A DNA stretch of 64,000 nt from Desulfobulbaceae bacterium (GTDB lineage Bacteria; Desulfobacterota; Desulfobulbia; Desulfobulbales; SURF-16). This document shows positions 8,487 to 19,253 of the stretch, piece by piece. The notes below the pieces were generated by a model. It made no database searches, was not told the DNA's origin, and was given only the letters and a program-made list of their open reading frames with translations. A program made the translations under genes and the position numbers. The first letter of the stretch is position 1; each line of letters starts with the position of its first letter. The stretch lies in assembly GCA_002868945.1 (NCBI GenBank), contig PKTX01000041.1, forward strand, positions 65,407-129,406, in the 5' to 3' direction.

Positions 8487-9122
8487 GTGTTGATCAGACA
8501 GAAAGTTGTGGGGTCCATGGCGGTATGTTGTTATGTCCTGGGCTGCGAGGAGACCAAGAAAGGCGTTATTGTTGATCCGGGTGGTGACGAGGCGGCCATT
8601 CTGGCCCTCTGTAAGGAAGAGGGTTTGACCATTGAGTATATCATTGCCACCCATGGTCATCCTGATCATGTCTGCGGCAACCGTAAGATAAAGGAGGCCA
8701 CCGGTGCGCGCATCGTCATGCATGCCGCAGACGACGCCTTCTTCAACAAGCCCGAGGTACACCAATATTTCTCGATGCTCGGTCTGGAGCATTCGCCGGC
8801 CGCCGATATCCTGGTGCAGGACGGCGATACCATCACCTTTGGTAAGCAGACCCTGCAGGTCATCCATACCCCGGGTCATACCCCCGGCGGTATCTGTCTC
8901 TACAGCGGCAGCGATCTGTTTAGCGGCGATACCCTCTTTGTCGGCGCCATTGGCCGCACCGATTTCCCCGGCGGTGACATGGGCCAGTTCATGGACTCCA
9001 TCCGCCAGAAGATTCTCACCCTTCCCGATGACACCGTGATCTGGCCGGGGCACGGGTATGGCGGCTCCCAATCGACCATCGGCGAGGAAAAACGCTCCAA
9101 CCCCTTTATCACCGGAGTCTGA
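8487..9122 (+). CDS. MBL-fold metallo-hydrolase (glyoxalase II-like)
   Basis: THGHPDH motif. The GTG start follows AAGGAG 8 nt upstream. The stop overlaps the selB start region. Confidence 0.85.
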   Translation: MLIRQKVVGSMAVCCYVLGCEETKKGVIVDPGGDEAAILALCKEEGLTIEYIIATHGHPDHVCGNRKIKEATGARIVMHAADDAFFNKPEVHQYFSMLGLEHSPAADILVQDGDTITFGKQTLQVIHTPGHTPGGICLYSGSDLFSGDTLFVGAIGRTDFPGGDMGQFMDSIRQKILTLPDDTVIWPGHGYGGSQSTIGEEKRSNPFITGV

Positions 9123-9123
9123 G

Positions 9124-11040
9124 ATGCGGGAGATCATCCTTGGTACAGCCGGCCATGTCGACCATGGCAAGACAAGTCTGGTGCGGGCCCTGACCGGGAT
9201 TGATACCGACCGCCTCAAGGAGGAAAAAAAGCGCGGCATCACCATAGAGCTAGGCTTTGCCTTTTTGGATCTACCCTGCGGTCATCGCCTCGGTATCATT
9301 GATGTGCCCGGCCATGAAAAGTTTATCAAGAATATGGTGGCAGGTGCCAGCGGCGTTGATCTGGTCGTCTTTGTCATTGCCGCGGACGAGGGCATCATGC
9401 CCCAGACCAGAGAGCATTTTGAAATCTGTCGGCTGCTCGGCGTTGACAAGGGCTTTATCGTTATTACCAAGAAGGACATGGTGGAGGCGGATTGGCTGGA
9501 GCTGGTCGAGGAGGATGTCCGTGATTTTTTCAGAGAGACCTTCCTTGATGCGGCGCCTCTGCTTAAGGTTTCCTCGATAACCGGCGAGGGTATTGACGAG
9601 GTCAAAACAGTTATCGACTCCCTCGTCTCCCGGTGCGACTTTACCGAGGCGCACGGCCCCTTTCGACTGCCGGTGGATCGTGTCTTTGCCATGAAGGGCT
9701 TTGGCGCTGTGGTCACCGGCACTTCGGTGAGCGGTCGTATCCAGGCCGGTGATGATGTGGAGATCTTTCCCGCCCGGCAATTCGGCAAGGTTCGCGGCTT
9801 ACAGTGCCATGGCCGCAGTGTCGAGATGGTGGAGGCCGGTAAGCGAACGGCCATCAATATTCAGGGGGTGGACAAGGAGCGGATCAGGCGCGGTAATATG
9901 CTGATCACGCCGGGTTGTCTGGATGCAACCTATATGCTTGATGCCCGTTTTCTCTACCTCTCCTCCTGCGAACGGCCCTTGAAAAACAGGACACGGGTGC
10001 GCGTCCACCTGGGCACGGCCGAGATCATGGGGCGGCTGGTTCTGTTGGAGGATGAGACCCTGGCTCCTGGTGCCGAGGCCAATGTCCAGATCCTGCTGGA
10101 AGAGCCCGTTGGCGTATGGCCCGGTGATCGCTATGTGGTGCGGAGCTACTCGCCGGTGGCCACCATTGGCGGTGGTGTCGTTTATGCGGCCTCGCCTCGC
10201 AAGCGGCGGCGCTTCAGGGCCGATAACCAGGAGGCCTTTGCCGTCTATAATGAAGGCGACCAGAAAGAGCTGGCCCTTCTCCTGCTGCGCGACAGCGGTT
10301 ATCAGGGCCTGACCTTGGATGAGCTGGGCGGCAGGATCGGTGTCTTCGGCAATCGGTTGCAAAAGCTGCTCAAGACCTCCATCTCCTCCAGCCAGATTAT
10401 CGTTGTTGACTCGGAGCGTAAACTGCTGGTGAGTCGGCAGCGTTTCGACGCCCTGGCTCAGGCAGTCATTGATACCCTCAGCCGCTATCATCAGCTCAAT
10501 CCCTTGAAAACCGGCCTGGCCAAGGAGGAGATCCGCTCTCGACTCCTGGGCGGTCGGGAGAGCAAGCTTTTCCAGGCGGTCCTGGCCAGCCTTATCAAGA
10601 AAGGCGATATAGTCGCCGAGGATTCCCTGCTGCGCATGGCCGACCATACCGTGGTCTTGCAAGCCGATGAGCAGCAGGTCCAGGCGGATATGCTGGCCCT
10701 TTATAAGAAGGCGGGGCTGACCCCCCCCACCTACAAGGAGGTGTTGCACCATTTTGCCGAGCTGGCCCCTGAGCTGGTCAAGGAGATGCTGCCGGTGCTC
10801 ATCAAGGAGGGCAAGCTCGTCAAGGTCAATGAGGATCTCTATTTCTATCAGGGGCATCTCGACAAATTGCAGGATGATCTGGTGGCCTTTATCAAGAGGG
10901 AGGGAGAGATCGATGCGCCGCGCTTTAAGGAGCTCACCTGTCTGACCCGCAAGTTTTCCATTCCCCTGCTCGAATATTTTGATAAACAGAAGGTGACCCT
11001 GCGGGTCGGCGATAGGCGCATTCTACGGGACAACCGCTGA
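9124..11040 (+). CDS. selB: Selenocysteine-specific translation elongation factor SelB
   Basis: [46 protein letters not shown] matches SelB, along with DVPGHEKF and ITKKD motifs and a long winged-helix C-terminal half. The start was taken at ATG 9124 rather than track position 9058. Confidence 0.92.
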   Translation: MREIILGTAGHVDHGKTSLVRALTGIDTDRLKEEKKRGITIELGFAFLDLPCGHRLGIIDVPGHEKFIKNMVAGASGVDLVVFVIAADEGIMPQTREHFEICRLLGVDKGFIVITKKDMVEADWLELVEEDVRDFFRETFLDAAPLLKVSSITGEGIDEVKTVIDSLVSRCDFTEAHGPFRLPVDRVFAMKGFGAVVTGTSVSGRIQAGDDVEIFPARQFGKVRGLQCHGRSVEMVEAGKRTAINIQGVDKERIRRGNMLITPGCLDATYMLDARFLYLSSCERPLKNRTRVRVHLGTAEIMGRLVLLEDETLAPGAEANVQILLEEPVGVWPGDRYVVRSYSPVATIGGGVVYAASPRKRRRFRADNQEAFAVYNEGDQKELALLLLRDSGYQGLTLDELGGRIGVFGNRLQKLLKTSISSSQIIVVDSERKLLVSRQRFDALAQAVIDTLSRYHQLNPLKTGLAKEEIRSRLLGGRESKLFQAVLASLIKKGDIVAEDSLLRMADHTVVLQADEQQVQADMLALYKKAGLTPPTYKEVLHHFAELAPELVKEMLPVLIKEGKLVKVNEDLYFYQGHLDKLQDDLVAFIKREGEIDAPRFKELTCLTRKFSIPLLEYFDKQKVTLRVGDRRILRDNR

Positions 11041-11144
11041 GTAGTGCCGGCACCGGGACACCTGCACCAACCACCTAACGGCAAGAAGGGGAGACGACAA
11101 TCGGCAAGATCAGCGGGAATACAGCAGGCCTGAAGACCGCCCAG

Positions 11145-12731
11145 TTGCGGGGCCTGGAGAGGCTGGCCAAACGGCGGGTTCCGCCTGAACTGGTGATCAG
11201 TCCGGAAATGGCCCGGGAGATGGCGAGGATCTCCGTGGACCTCAACCGCCAGCTTGGTGTGCTCTTGACCAGGAGCGGTGAGGTGGAAACGGTTATTGTC
11301 GGCGATCACCGGCAGATTGTTATCCCGGTCCTCACTCATCTGCGCTCAACCGGCGGTCGTCTCAAGGGCCTGCGCTGTGTCCATACCCATCTGGCCGGGG
11401 AGGAGATCTCCCAGGATGATTTGATGGACCTTCTCTTTTTGCGCCTTGACCTCATGGCCGTCATCATGGTGCGCCAGGGGCTGCCCGACAGGCTGCATGT
11501 GGTCCATCTTGTGCCGGAAGGCGGTCGGCATGAGGATTTTCATTTCCTGCCGCCCGTGGTCCCTGCCGAGCAGAGCGGTGATATCCGAACGCTGATCACC
11601 TCTCTGGAGCAGGAGTTTTCCAGGCATCGGCCGGTGCGGGAGGTGGATGCCGGCAAAGACAGGGCCATCCTGGTCAGTGTCACCACCAGCAACAAGGCCC
11701 AGGCCCAGGAGTCCATGGATGAGCTGGCCGAGCTGGTGCGTTCCGCGGATGTCCAGGTGATGGATACCGTTATTCAGCGGCGCCAGAAGATTAATCCGCG
11801 TCTTATCCTGGGCAAGGGCAAGCTGAGCGAGATTATGGTCCTGGCCCTGCGCCATAACGCCAATCTCCTTGTCTTTGATCAGGAGCTTAATCCCTCCCAG
11901 GTCAATTCCATTATCAGTCATACCGACCTGCGGGTCATTGATCGTACCCAGCTCATTCTTGATATCTTTGCCCGGCGCGCCCTGAGTCGCGAGGGGAAGC
12001 TGCAGATCGAGATGGCCCAACTTAAATACCTGCGGCCCCGGCTCGGCCTGCGTGACGACTCCCTCTCCAGGCTCACCGGCGGCATAGGAGGCCGCGGCCC
12101 CGGCGAAACCAAGCTGGAGATCGACCGGCGGCGCCTTAATGATCGGCTGGCCAAGCTCAATAAAGAGTTGGCCAAGGTGGGCAAGGAGCGTTACCGGCGC
12201 CGCCAGCGGCGCCGCAAGAAGGATCTGCCGGTTATCAGCCTGGTGGGCTACACTAATGCCGGCAAGTCCACCCTGCTTAACAGCCTGACCCGCAGCGATA
12301 TCCTGGCGGAAGATAAACTCTTTGCCACCCTGGACCCCACCAGTCGCCGTCTGCGTTTCCCCGAGGATGTCGAGGTGATTATCACGGATACGGTGGGCTT
12401 TATCCGCCATTTGCCGGCCGAGCTCATGCAGGCCTTTAAGGCTACCCTGGAGGAGCTCCATGAGGCGGACCTCCTTATCCATGTTATTGATATCGCCAAT
12501 CCCCGTTTTGTTGATCAGATGGAGGTGGTGAGCGCCATTCTCCGTGATCTGCACCTGGATGGCATTGCCCAGCTCAAGGTCTTTAATAAGGTCGATCTGG
12601 TTGATCCCGCCTATGTGACGGACCAGCTCCGTATCCATGACGGCATTGCGGTCAGCGCCCTGGACCCGGGAACCTTCGGCCCCTTATTGGACGAGGCGCG
12701 CCGCAAGGTATTGAAGGAGTGGCAGTCATGA
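11145..12731 (+). CDS. hflX: GTPase HflX (long form)
   Basis: GYTNAGKSTL, DTVGF and NKVD motifs are present, together with the HflX N-domain (RVIDRTQLILDIFARRA). Track start is TTG 11145. The in-frame upstream extension to 11079 has no canonical start codon (see findings). Confidence 0.9.
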   Translation: MRGLERLAKRRVPPELVISPEMAREMARISVDLNRQLGVLLTRSGEVETVIVGDHRQIVIPVLTHLRSTGGRLKGLRCVHTHLAGEEISQDDLMDLLFLRLDLMAVIMVRQGLPDRLHVVHLVPEGGRHEDFHFLPPVVPAEQSGDIRTLITSLEQEFSRHRPVREVDAGKDRAILVSVTTSNKAQAQESMDELAELVRSADVQVMDTVIQRRQKINPRLILGKGKLSEIMVLALRHNANLLVFDQELNPSQVNSIISHTDLRVIDRTQLILDIFARRALSREGKLQIEMAQLKYLRPRLGLRDDSLSRLTGGIGGRGPGETKLEIDRRRLNDRLAKLNKELAKVGKERYRRRQRRRKKDLPVISLVGYTNAGKSTLLNSLTRSDILAEDKLFATLDPTSRRLRFPEDVEVIITDTVGFIRHLPAELMQAFKATLEELHEADLLIHVIDIANPRFVDQMEVVSAILRDLHLDGIAQLKVFNKVDLVDPAYVTDQLRIHDGIAVSALDPGTFGPLLDEARRKVLKEWQS

Positions 12732-13312
12732 GTCGGCGGCCCTCTCCTTGCACCTGCTGGCTCTCTTTCCTGCTGCTTATCCTGCTGGCCTGCGGCGCCG
12801 TCAGGAGCGAGGCGGCGCAAAGGGCCACCATTGAGGAGGCCTTTGTCACCAACTCCCAGACCGACCTGCTGCTTTTCTTTCGGCTGCAGGGCGCCATGAG
12901 TCCGGAAATGGAAAAGGGCATCCTGAACGGCATTCCGCTGACCTTTGCCTTTTTTGTCGAACTGCATGAGCATCAGGGGGCCGAGAGTGTACAGGTGGCC
13001 AGCCGCAGCTTCAGCCACACCCTCCACTTTGAGACCCTGAAGGAGGTGTTCAATGTCGATTTCAGTGAACATGGCGTGAAGGAGGCGGCCTATTCGGATC
13101 TGGCCGCGGCCCTGGCCGCCATGCTCCAGGTCCATGACCTCTCGGTGGCGCGCCTCGGCCTCTTGAAGCCGGGCCTGCGCTATACCGTTAAAATGAGGGC
13201 GCAACTGGCCAAGCAGCGCCTGCCGGACAAGTTTAAAAACGTCATGACCTTCCTGAAGATCTGGGATTTTGAGACGAAATGGCATGCTGTTGATTTCCGC
13301 ATGCCTCCCTGA
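12728..13312 (+). CDS. Secreted protein, DUF4390-like (tentative)
   Basis: It has a signal-peptide-like N-terminus and an ATGA overlap with the hflX stop. It sits directly upstream of an NtrY-like kinase, as DUF4390 genes often do. Confidence 0.65.
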   Translation: MSRRPSPCTCWLSFLLLILLACGAVRSEAAQRATIEEAFVTNSQTDLLLFFRLQGAMSPEMEKGILNGIPLTFAFFVELHEHQGAESVQVASRSFSHTLHFETLKEVFNVDFSEHGVKEAAYSDLAAALAAMLQVHDLSVARLGLLKPGLRYTVKMRAQLAKQRLPDKFKNVMTFLKIWDFETKWHAVDFRMPP

Positions 13313-13461
13313 GGGCAATGATCTCTGCCGGGTACAGGAGGGCGGCCCGGCCCGGCCAGAGAGTGGCAATCTGCTGGAGAGACGGGTGCGCCGCGCCTCC
13401 GCCGCTTCGACCAACAGAGGAAAAAAGAGTTGTGGATAAAAACATTGCCTGAGAAAGCATT

Positions 13462-15675
13462 GTGGAGATAAAGACCCCTTCCAGGACAGAGGAGCTCAGG
13501 GCCCGCCGTAAAAAAAGGCGGATCTGGTGGATAATTGCCGCCTGCCTGCTCCTGATGATCAGCCTCACCTTTCTGGAGACCCGTGTCCTTGACATGGGTA
13601 CCGTGGATTTTCCGGTGAGCGGCAATGTCCTTGTCTATGTGCTGATCAACTTCAACGTCCTTCTCCTGCTGCTTATCGTCTTTCTGGTGCTGCGTAACCT
13701 GGTGCAGCTCGTCTTTGACCGCAAGCGCCGCATTCTGGGCACCAAGCTGCGGACAAAGCTGGTCATCTCCTTTATGTCCATGGCGCTGATTCCCACCAGT
13801 ATCCTCTTTTTTCTGGCCCTGCAGTTTGTCTCCACCTCCATGGACTACTGGTTTAATATCAATGTTGAACAGGCCCTGGAGGAGTCCCTGGAGATTGCCC
13901 GTAATGTCTATCAGGAGGAACGCAGCGTGGCAGCGCGGCTCGGTAAGAATGTCGCGCAGCAGCTTGAGTCCAAGCGGTATCGGCATCTCACCGACACCTC
14001 GCTGGATGTCTTTCTGAATGATATTGTCGAGAGCTTTGGGCTGGCCTCTCTGGCCCTGGTCCGACAGGATCATCGGGTCGAGGTGATTTCCCTGGCCGCG
14101 GAGTTTGCCTCGGCCGATGAGCTGCCGCCCATCCCCGATGCCATGATCCGCAAGGCCCTCAGTAGTGAGGAGCAGCTTGATGTAATCCAGAAGATCAACA
14201 GAGGGGAGTTGGTGCGCAATGTAACCTTGGTGCGCTTGGGGTCGGCTGCCCGCGAACCCCATGTTCTGGTGACGTCGTTGCTCATTCCCCAGGAGAAGAT
14301 TGATCAGCTCCACAAGATATCCGGCGGTCTGGAAGGCTATCGCCAGCTCATGCTCATGCAGCAGCCCATCAAGACAAGCCTCCTGGTTATCTTGCTCATT
14401 GTTACCCTGCTGGTGATGTTTTCCGCCATCTGGTTTGGCTTTTATGTGGCCGGTGGTCTGACCACGCCCATCGGCAAACTGGCTGATGCCACCCGGCGAG
14501 TGGCCGAGGGAGAGCTTGATTTTGTCATTGACAAGGAGTCGGGTGATGAAATGGGCACCCTGGTGGAATCCTTTAACAAGATGACCCGTGATCTGCTCAT
14601 TGGCAAGCGTAGCCTTGAGCAGTTCAACCTGGAGCTGGAGAATAGACGGCGTTATACCGAGACCATCTTGCGCAATGTGCCGGCCGGTGTTATTTCGTTG
14701 GATAATAAGGGGCGTATCACCTCAATAAACACCTTTGCCGAGACCCTGTTGCATATCAATTCGGAACGGCTGCTCGGTCATGACTATAAGAGTGTCCTGG
14801 CCCCGCAGCACAGTGCTGTTCTTGATCAATTCTATGAGGAGTTGGCCCGGACCGGCAAGATGTCGCTGGAAAAACCGCTGCAACTCTCGGTGGGCAACGA
14901 GACCTTCTCACTGCGGGTCAATATCACCCGGTTGCACGATGAGAGCGGCGACGATCTGGGCGTGGTTCTGGTCTTTGATAATCTCACGGAGCTGGAAAAG
15001 GCGCAGCGCATGGCCGCCTGGCGCGAGGTGGCCCGCCGCATCGCCCACGAGGTCAAGAATCCCCTTACCCCCATCCAGCTTTCCGCCCAGCGTCTGCGCA
15101 AGCGATACCTTGACAAATTGGCCGGAGAGGGTGATATCTTTGATCTTTGTACCAAGACCATTATCGGCCAGGTGGATGAACTGAAACATCTGGTCAGTGA
15201 GTTTTCCAGCTTTGCCCGCATGCCGGCCGTTCAGAAGAAGAAAAGTTCCCTGGAGGAGATGGTTCGGGAGACCCTGGTCATGTATGAGCAGGGGCACAAG
15301 GATGTCAATTTCCGCTATCGGTGCGATCAGGAGGTGCCCCCCTTTCTCTTTGACCGGAAACAGATGGAGAGGGTGCTGATCAATCTCCTTGATAACGGTG
15401 TGGCGGCAGTGCCGGAACACGGCGGCGAAATCACCGTGACGCTGAGGTTTCAACAGAATAGCGTCTTTCTTGAGGTCAGTGATAACGGCCCCGGTATAAA
15501 TGACGAGGATAAGCTCCATCTCTTTGAACCTTATTTTACCACCAAGAAGAGTGGCACCGGTCTGGGGTTGGCCATTGCCACCACCATTGTTGCCGATCAC
15601 GGCGGCTATCTGCGTATTAAGGACAACAAGCCCTCCGGGGCCCGTTTTATTGTTGAGTTGCCCATGACACCGTAG
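13462..15675 (+). CDS. NtrY-like sensor histidine kinase
   Basis: Multiple N-terminal transmembrane segments, a HAMP region, a PAS region, an H-box (HEVKNPLTPI) and a HATPase domain (DNGPGI...GTGLGL). Confidence 0.9.
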   Translation: MEIKTPSRTEELRARRKKRRIWWIIAACLLLMISLTFLETRVLDMGTVDFPVSGNVLVYVLINFNVLLLLLIVFLVLRNLVQLVFDRKRRILGTKLRTKLVISFMSMALIPTSILFFLALQFVSTSMDYWFNINVEQALEESLEIARNVYQEERSVAARLGKNVAQQLESKRYRHLTDTSLDVFLNDIVESFGLASLALVRQDHRVEVISLAAEFASADELPPIPDAMIRKALSSEEQLDVIQKINRGELVRNVTLVRLGSAAREPHVLVTSLLIPQEKIDQLHKISGGLEGYRQLMLMQQPIKTSLLVILLIVTLLVMFSAIWFGFYVAGGLTTPIGKLADATRRVAEGELDFVIDKESGDEMGTLVESFNKMTRDLLIGKRSLEQFNLELENRRRYTETILRNVPAGVISLDNKGRITSINTFAETLLHINSERLLGHDYKSVLAPQHSAVLDQFYEELARTGKMSLEKPLQLSVGNETFSLRVNITRLHDESGDDLGVVLVFDNLTELEKAQRMAAWREVARRIAHEVKNPLTPIQLSAQRLRKRYLDKLAGEGDIFDLCTKTIIGQVDELKHLVSEFSSFARMPAVQKKKSSLEEMVRETLVMYEQGHKDVNFRYRCDQEVPPFLFDRKQMERVLINLLDNGVAAVPEHGGEITVTLRFQQNSVFLEVSDNGPGINDEDKLHLFEPYFTTKKSGTGLGLAIATTIVADHGGYLRIKDNKPSGARFIVELPMTP

Positions 15676-15683
15676 GAACACTT

Positions 15684-17066
15684 ATGGCCAGGAAAATTCT
15701 CATAGTTGACGATGAAGAGACCATCCGTGACTCGGTGGCCGGTATTCTCGGTGATGAAGGCTTTGAACCCCTCACCGCAGCCGGCGCGCAGGAGGCCTTT
15801 GCCCTGCTGGAGACGGAGACAGTGCACGTGGTGCTGCTTGATATCTGGATGCCGGAGATGGACGGCATGGAGGCGCTGCCCAGGATCAAGGAGCTTTATC
15901 CCGAGCTGCCGGTTATCATGATTTCCGGGCACGGCAATATTGAGACCGCTGTCCAGGCCACCAAGATGGGGGCCTTTGATTTTATAGAAAAGCCGCCCTC
16001 CTACGACAAGATTATCCTGGCGGTGAGCAATGCCCTGCAGTTTTCCGACCTGGCCAAGGAGAATGAAATCCTCAGGGCCCAACAGGGTAAGAAGGCGGAA
16101 CTGACCGGCGTCTCGCCGGCCATCACCGCCATTCGCCAGCAGATTCTGAGGGTGGCTCCGACGCCGGCCTGGGTGCTGATCAGGGGCGAGCATGGTACCG
16201 GTAAGGAGCTTGCCGCCCAGATGATCCATAACAATTCACCGGCCAGGAACAGGCCGATGATTGAGGTGAACTGCGCCGCCATCCCCGAGGAGCTCATTGA
16301 AAGTGAACTTTTCGGCCATGAAAAAGGCGCCTTCACCGGGGCCACCACCGGTAAAAGGGGTAAGTTTGATCTGGCTGACGGCTCTATTCTTTTCCTGGAT
16401 GAAATCGGTGATATGAGCCTCAAGACCCAGGCCAAGGTGCTGCGCATCCTGCAGGAGCAGAAGTTCGAGAGGGTGGGTGGCGGCAAGACCATTTCCGTGG
16501 ATGTCCGGGTGATCGCCGCCACCAACAAGGATCTGGAGGCGGAGATCGAGGCCGGTACGTTCCGGGCCGATCTCTTTTATCGTCTCAATGTGGTGCCCAT
16601 CACCCTGCCGCCCCTGCGTGAGCGTCTGGAGGATCTCCCCCTGCTGGTCGAGGACCTGATGGCGGATTTTCGGCGCAAGGGTTTTGGCCGGAAAATATTT
16701 TTGCCCGGTGCCATCCATGCCATGCAGCGCCATGACTGGCCGGGTAATGTTCGCGAGCTGCGTAATTTCCTGGAGCGCATCTCCATCATGTGTCCGGATG
16801 AGGAGGTCACCGGTGAGCTGGTGGTGCAGATCCTTGGTGGCGGCTCTTCCATGACGCTGCCGGAGGCGGAAGGGGTTTCCCCCGACGAACAGGGGGGCTG
16901 GGCCGCTTTTGCAAGTTTTAAGGAGGCCAAAAAACAGTTTGAGGCCGATTTTCTCAAGGCCAAGATTGAGGAAAATCATGGCAATATTTCAAAAACCGCC
17001 GAACAGATCGGCATGGAGCGGAGTCATCTTCATAAGCGAATCAAGGCCCTCGGCCTTGATTCGTGA
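15684..17066 (+). CDS. Sigma-54-dependent response regulator (NtrX/NtrC family)
   Basis: A receiver domain (LLDIWMPEMDG), an AAA+ domain with GESGTGKE-like GEHGTGKE and a GAFTGA motif, and a C-terminal HTH. Confidence 0.92.
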   Translation: MARKILIVDDEETIRDSVAGILGDEGFEPLTAAGAQEAFALLETETVHVVLLDIWMPEMDGMEALPRIKELYPELPVIMISGHGNIETAVQATKMGAFDFIEKPPSYDKIILAVSNALQFSDLAKENEILRAQQGKKAELTGVSPAITAIRQQILRVAPTPAWVLIRGEHGTGKELAAQMIHNNSPARNRPMIEVNCAAIPEELIESELFGHEKGAFTGATTGKRGKFDLADGSILFLDEIGDMSLKTQAKVLRILQEQKFERVGGGKTISVDVRVIAATNKDLEAEIEAGTFRADLFYRLNVVPITLPPLRERLEDLPLLVEDLMADFRRKGFGRKIFLPGAIHAMQRHDWPGNVRELRNFLERISIMCPDEEVTGELVVQILGGGSSMTLPEAEGVSPDEQGGWAAFASFKEAKKQFEADFLKAKIEENHGNISKTAEQIGMERSHLHKRIKALGLDS

Positions 17067-17179
17067 TGATTGGAGATGATGGACTCGTAAAAAAACCTCT
17101 TTTGCCTGCGGACATGCAGGAGTTGGAGCGGTTGCCGCAGCAGCCCTCGAACAAGGGGTAAACAAGGTGTAAAACTGTA

Positions 17180-18928
17180 ATGAGTGATGATAAGTTAAGT
17201 TTACCAAGCGAAAAGGATCTGGAACGGGAGCTGGGTGATTATCTCAGCAACAAGTATGGCGGCCAGGTTAAGATTGTCTCGGCCGGCATGCTGCCCTTTG
17301 CCAAGAAAAAAGATGTGGAGCAAGAGGCGCGCCGTGATGACGACGAGGCCTTTTACTTTGACCTCAAACCCGAAGAGCTGGTGCGTTATCTCGATGAATA
17401 CGTGGTGCAGCAGGATGAGGCCAAGGCGGTTTTGGCCACCAAGATCTGCACCCATTTCAACCGAATCCGCCATGAGCTGGAAACCGGTCGGCCCGCCAAA
17501 AGACAGGTGGGCCGTATCAAGTCCAATGTCCTGCTCATCGGTCCCACCGGCGTCGGCAAGACCTATCTGGTCAAGCTCATTGCCCGGCGACTGGGAGTGC
17601 CCTTTGTCAAGGGTGACGCCACCAAGTTCAGTGAAACAGGTTATGTGGGCGGTGACGTCGAGGATCTGGTCCGCGATCTGGTACGGGAGGCGGATGACGA
17701 TATCAGTCGGGCGGAGTTCGGCATCATCTATGTGGATGAGGTGGACAAGATCGCCGCCAGCCCCAATCGCATGGGAACGGATGTCTCCCGGGCCGGGGTG
17801 CAGCGCGCCTTTTTGAAGCCCATGGAGGAGACCGAGGTTGAGCTGAAGGTGCCCCATGATCCGGTTGCCCAGCTTGAGGCCATGGAACATTATCGGGCCA
17901 CGGGCAAGCGTGAGAAAAAGGTGGTCAATACCCGTAATATCCTCTTTATCATGAGCGGCGCCTTTGCCGGTCTGACCGACCACATCAAGAAGAGACGCAA
18001 CGAGCTCTCCATGGGGTTCGGCAGTAAGGTGGAGTCAAAGACGGAGAGCAGCCGTTACTTCCAGGAGGTGATGGCCGAGGACCTCATTGCCTATGGTTTT
18101 GAGAGCGAATTTGTCGGCCGCCTGCCGGTGGTGGCAGCCCTCAACGAATTGACCCAGGAGGATTTTGTCAAGATCCTCGCCAATCACAACTCCGCCGTGG
18201 TGCTTGGCAAGAAGCAGGACTTTAATGCCTATGGTATCAAGCTTGATTTCGAGGCCGCCGCCTTTGAGGCCATTGCCGCCAAGGCGGTCCTGGAAAAGAC
18301 CGGAGCCAGGGGGCTGCTCAGTGTCATGGAAAAGACCCTGCTGCCTTTTGAGAAGTCACTGCCGTCCACCTCCTGTCGCCACCTGGTCCTCTCCCGAGAG
18401 ATGGTGGAGGATCCGTACACCGGCCTTGCCGCCATGCTCGCAGAGCAGGAGCACGATTATCACGAGCAGCGCTATGAGGAGCTGCGCCGCCAGAAACATG
18501 CCGATTTGGTGGAAATCATCGCCAATTCCAACGGTGACTATCTCCAGGAAGAGGGGGTGGCCTTAACCGCCGAGCGCCTCAATATGATGGCGGACTATTG
18601 TCTGACTGAGTTTCTTGATGTGCGGGAGGTGTGCCACGACTTTGTCGAGATGATCCTCCACATCCGTGACTATGCCGCCACGGTGTCGGACGAGAGTAAC
18701 TTCACTGTACTGTTTGCCGAGGCGGCCATTGACCGTATCCTGCAAAAGAGCAAGCTCACCATTTCGTCGGTCAATGCGGTGTGTGAGACTATTTTTGTCT
18801 CCCTTGACTATGGCCTGCGCCTTATTGCCCAGAAGAAGATTGATGGTGAGCTGCTCATCCCGGTGGCGGGTGTCGATGACCCGGATGGCTTTATCAATGA
18901 TCTGCTTGATGAGAATTTTAAATTGTGA
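17180..18928 (+). CDS. ClpX-like AAA+ ATPase lacking the N-terminal zinc finger, with an extended C-terminus
   Basis: LLIGPTGVGKTYL Walker A, IIYVDEVDK Walker B, and ClpX/HslU-type flanking sequence (LDEYVVQQDEAKAVLA). There is no Cys4 N-domain, and about 200 extra C-terminal residues are present. Confidence 0.8.
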   Translation: MSDDKLSLPSEKDLERELGDYLSNKYGGQVKIVSAGMLPFAKKKDVEQEARRDDDEAFYFDLKPEELVRYLDEYVVQQDEAKAVLATKICTHFNRIRHELETGRPAKRQVGRIKSNVLLIGPTGVGKTYLVKLIARRLGVPFVKGDATKFSETGYVGGDVEDLVRDLVREADDDISRAEFGIIYVDEVDKIAASPNRMGTDVSRAGVQRAFLKPMEETEVELKVPHDPVAQLEAMEHYRATGKREKKVVNTRNILFIMSGAFAGLTDHIKKRRNELSMGFGSKVESKTESSRYFQEVMAEDLIAYGFESEFVGRLPVVAALNELTQEDFVKILANHNSAVVLGKKQDFNAYGIKLDFEAAAFEAIAAKAVLEKTGARGLLSVMEKTLLPFEKSLPSTSCRHLVLSREMVEDPYTGLAAMLAEQEHDYHEQRYEELRRQKHADLVEIIANSNGDYLQEEGVALTAERLNMMADYCLTEFLDVREVCHDFVEMILHIRDYAATVSDESNFTVLFAEAAIDRILQKSKLTISSVNAVCETIFVSLDYGLRLIAQKKIDGELLIPVAGVDDPDGFINDLLDENFKL

Positions 18929-18952
18929 AAAGAGAATGAAGAGAAGTTAACA

Positions 18953-19150
18953 AGTGGCTGTCCGGAAATGGCCCTTTTGCCCGATCTCTGTGTCGCTACG
19001 GAAAATAAAAAAAGGCTCACATATGCTCAATATGCTGCAGCCCAAGGGCACCCGGAGTGTCGCCGGCTCCCTTGCCTCTTTCAGGGCGCGCTTTTTATTT
19101 TCCCATGCTCCTTGATCTTGAACAAAATGACTCATTTCTGGACAGGCATT
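18953..19150. mobile_element. MITE-like element, A-type ends
   Basis: The ends AGTGGCTGTCCGGAAAT and ATTTCTGGACAGGCATT match at 14 of 17 positions. The element is flanked by direct AACA repeats (18949-18952 and 19151-19154). Its core is nearly identical to that of the 20284 copy. Confidence 0.88.
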
Positions 19151-19253
19151 AACAAAATTATGGAAGGTAAAGAATGTGCGAGTATTGCACCGATTTTTTA
19201 TCTCCTTTCCCTTCTCCATATTCTCTAACTTTTATAAAAAAAAGGAGCTCCCC

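Noticed and set aside
9799-10857. Long antisense or alternative-frame ORFs throughout the track. Examples are 121..693(-), 7157..7909(-), 9799..10857(-), 11346..12638(-), 13180..14313(-), 19158..20237(-), 32009..33127(+), 34440..35432(+), 48272..49291(-), 49776..51005(+) and 53562..54470(+).
   Set aside because: Each lies entirely inside a confidently recognised gene on the other strand or frame. Their translations are low-complexity, rich in Gly, Arg, Ala, Leu and His, and lack stops only because of high GC3. They are shadow ORFs.
11199-11213. A 15-nt match (GTCCGGAAATGGCCC) to the A-type repeat terminus lies inside hflX. A 12-nt match lies at about 12899-12910 inside the DUF4390-like gene.
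   Set aside because: Both lie in intact reading frames, encoding SPEMA and SPEME, with no adjoining core sequence or partner end. I treated them as coincidental codon-level matches.
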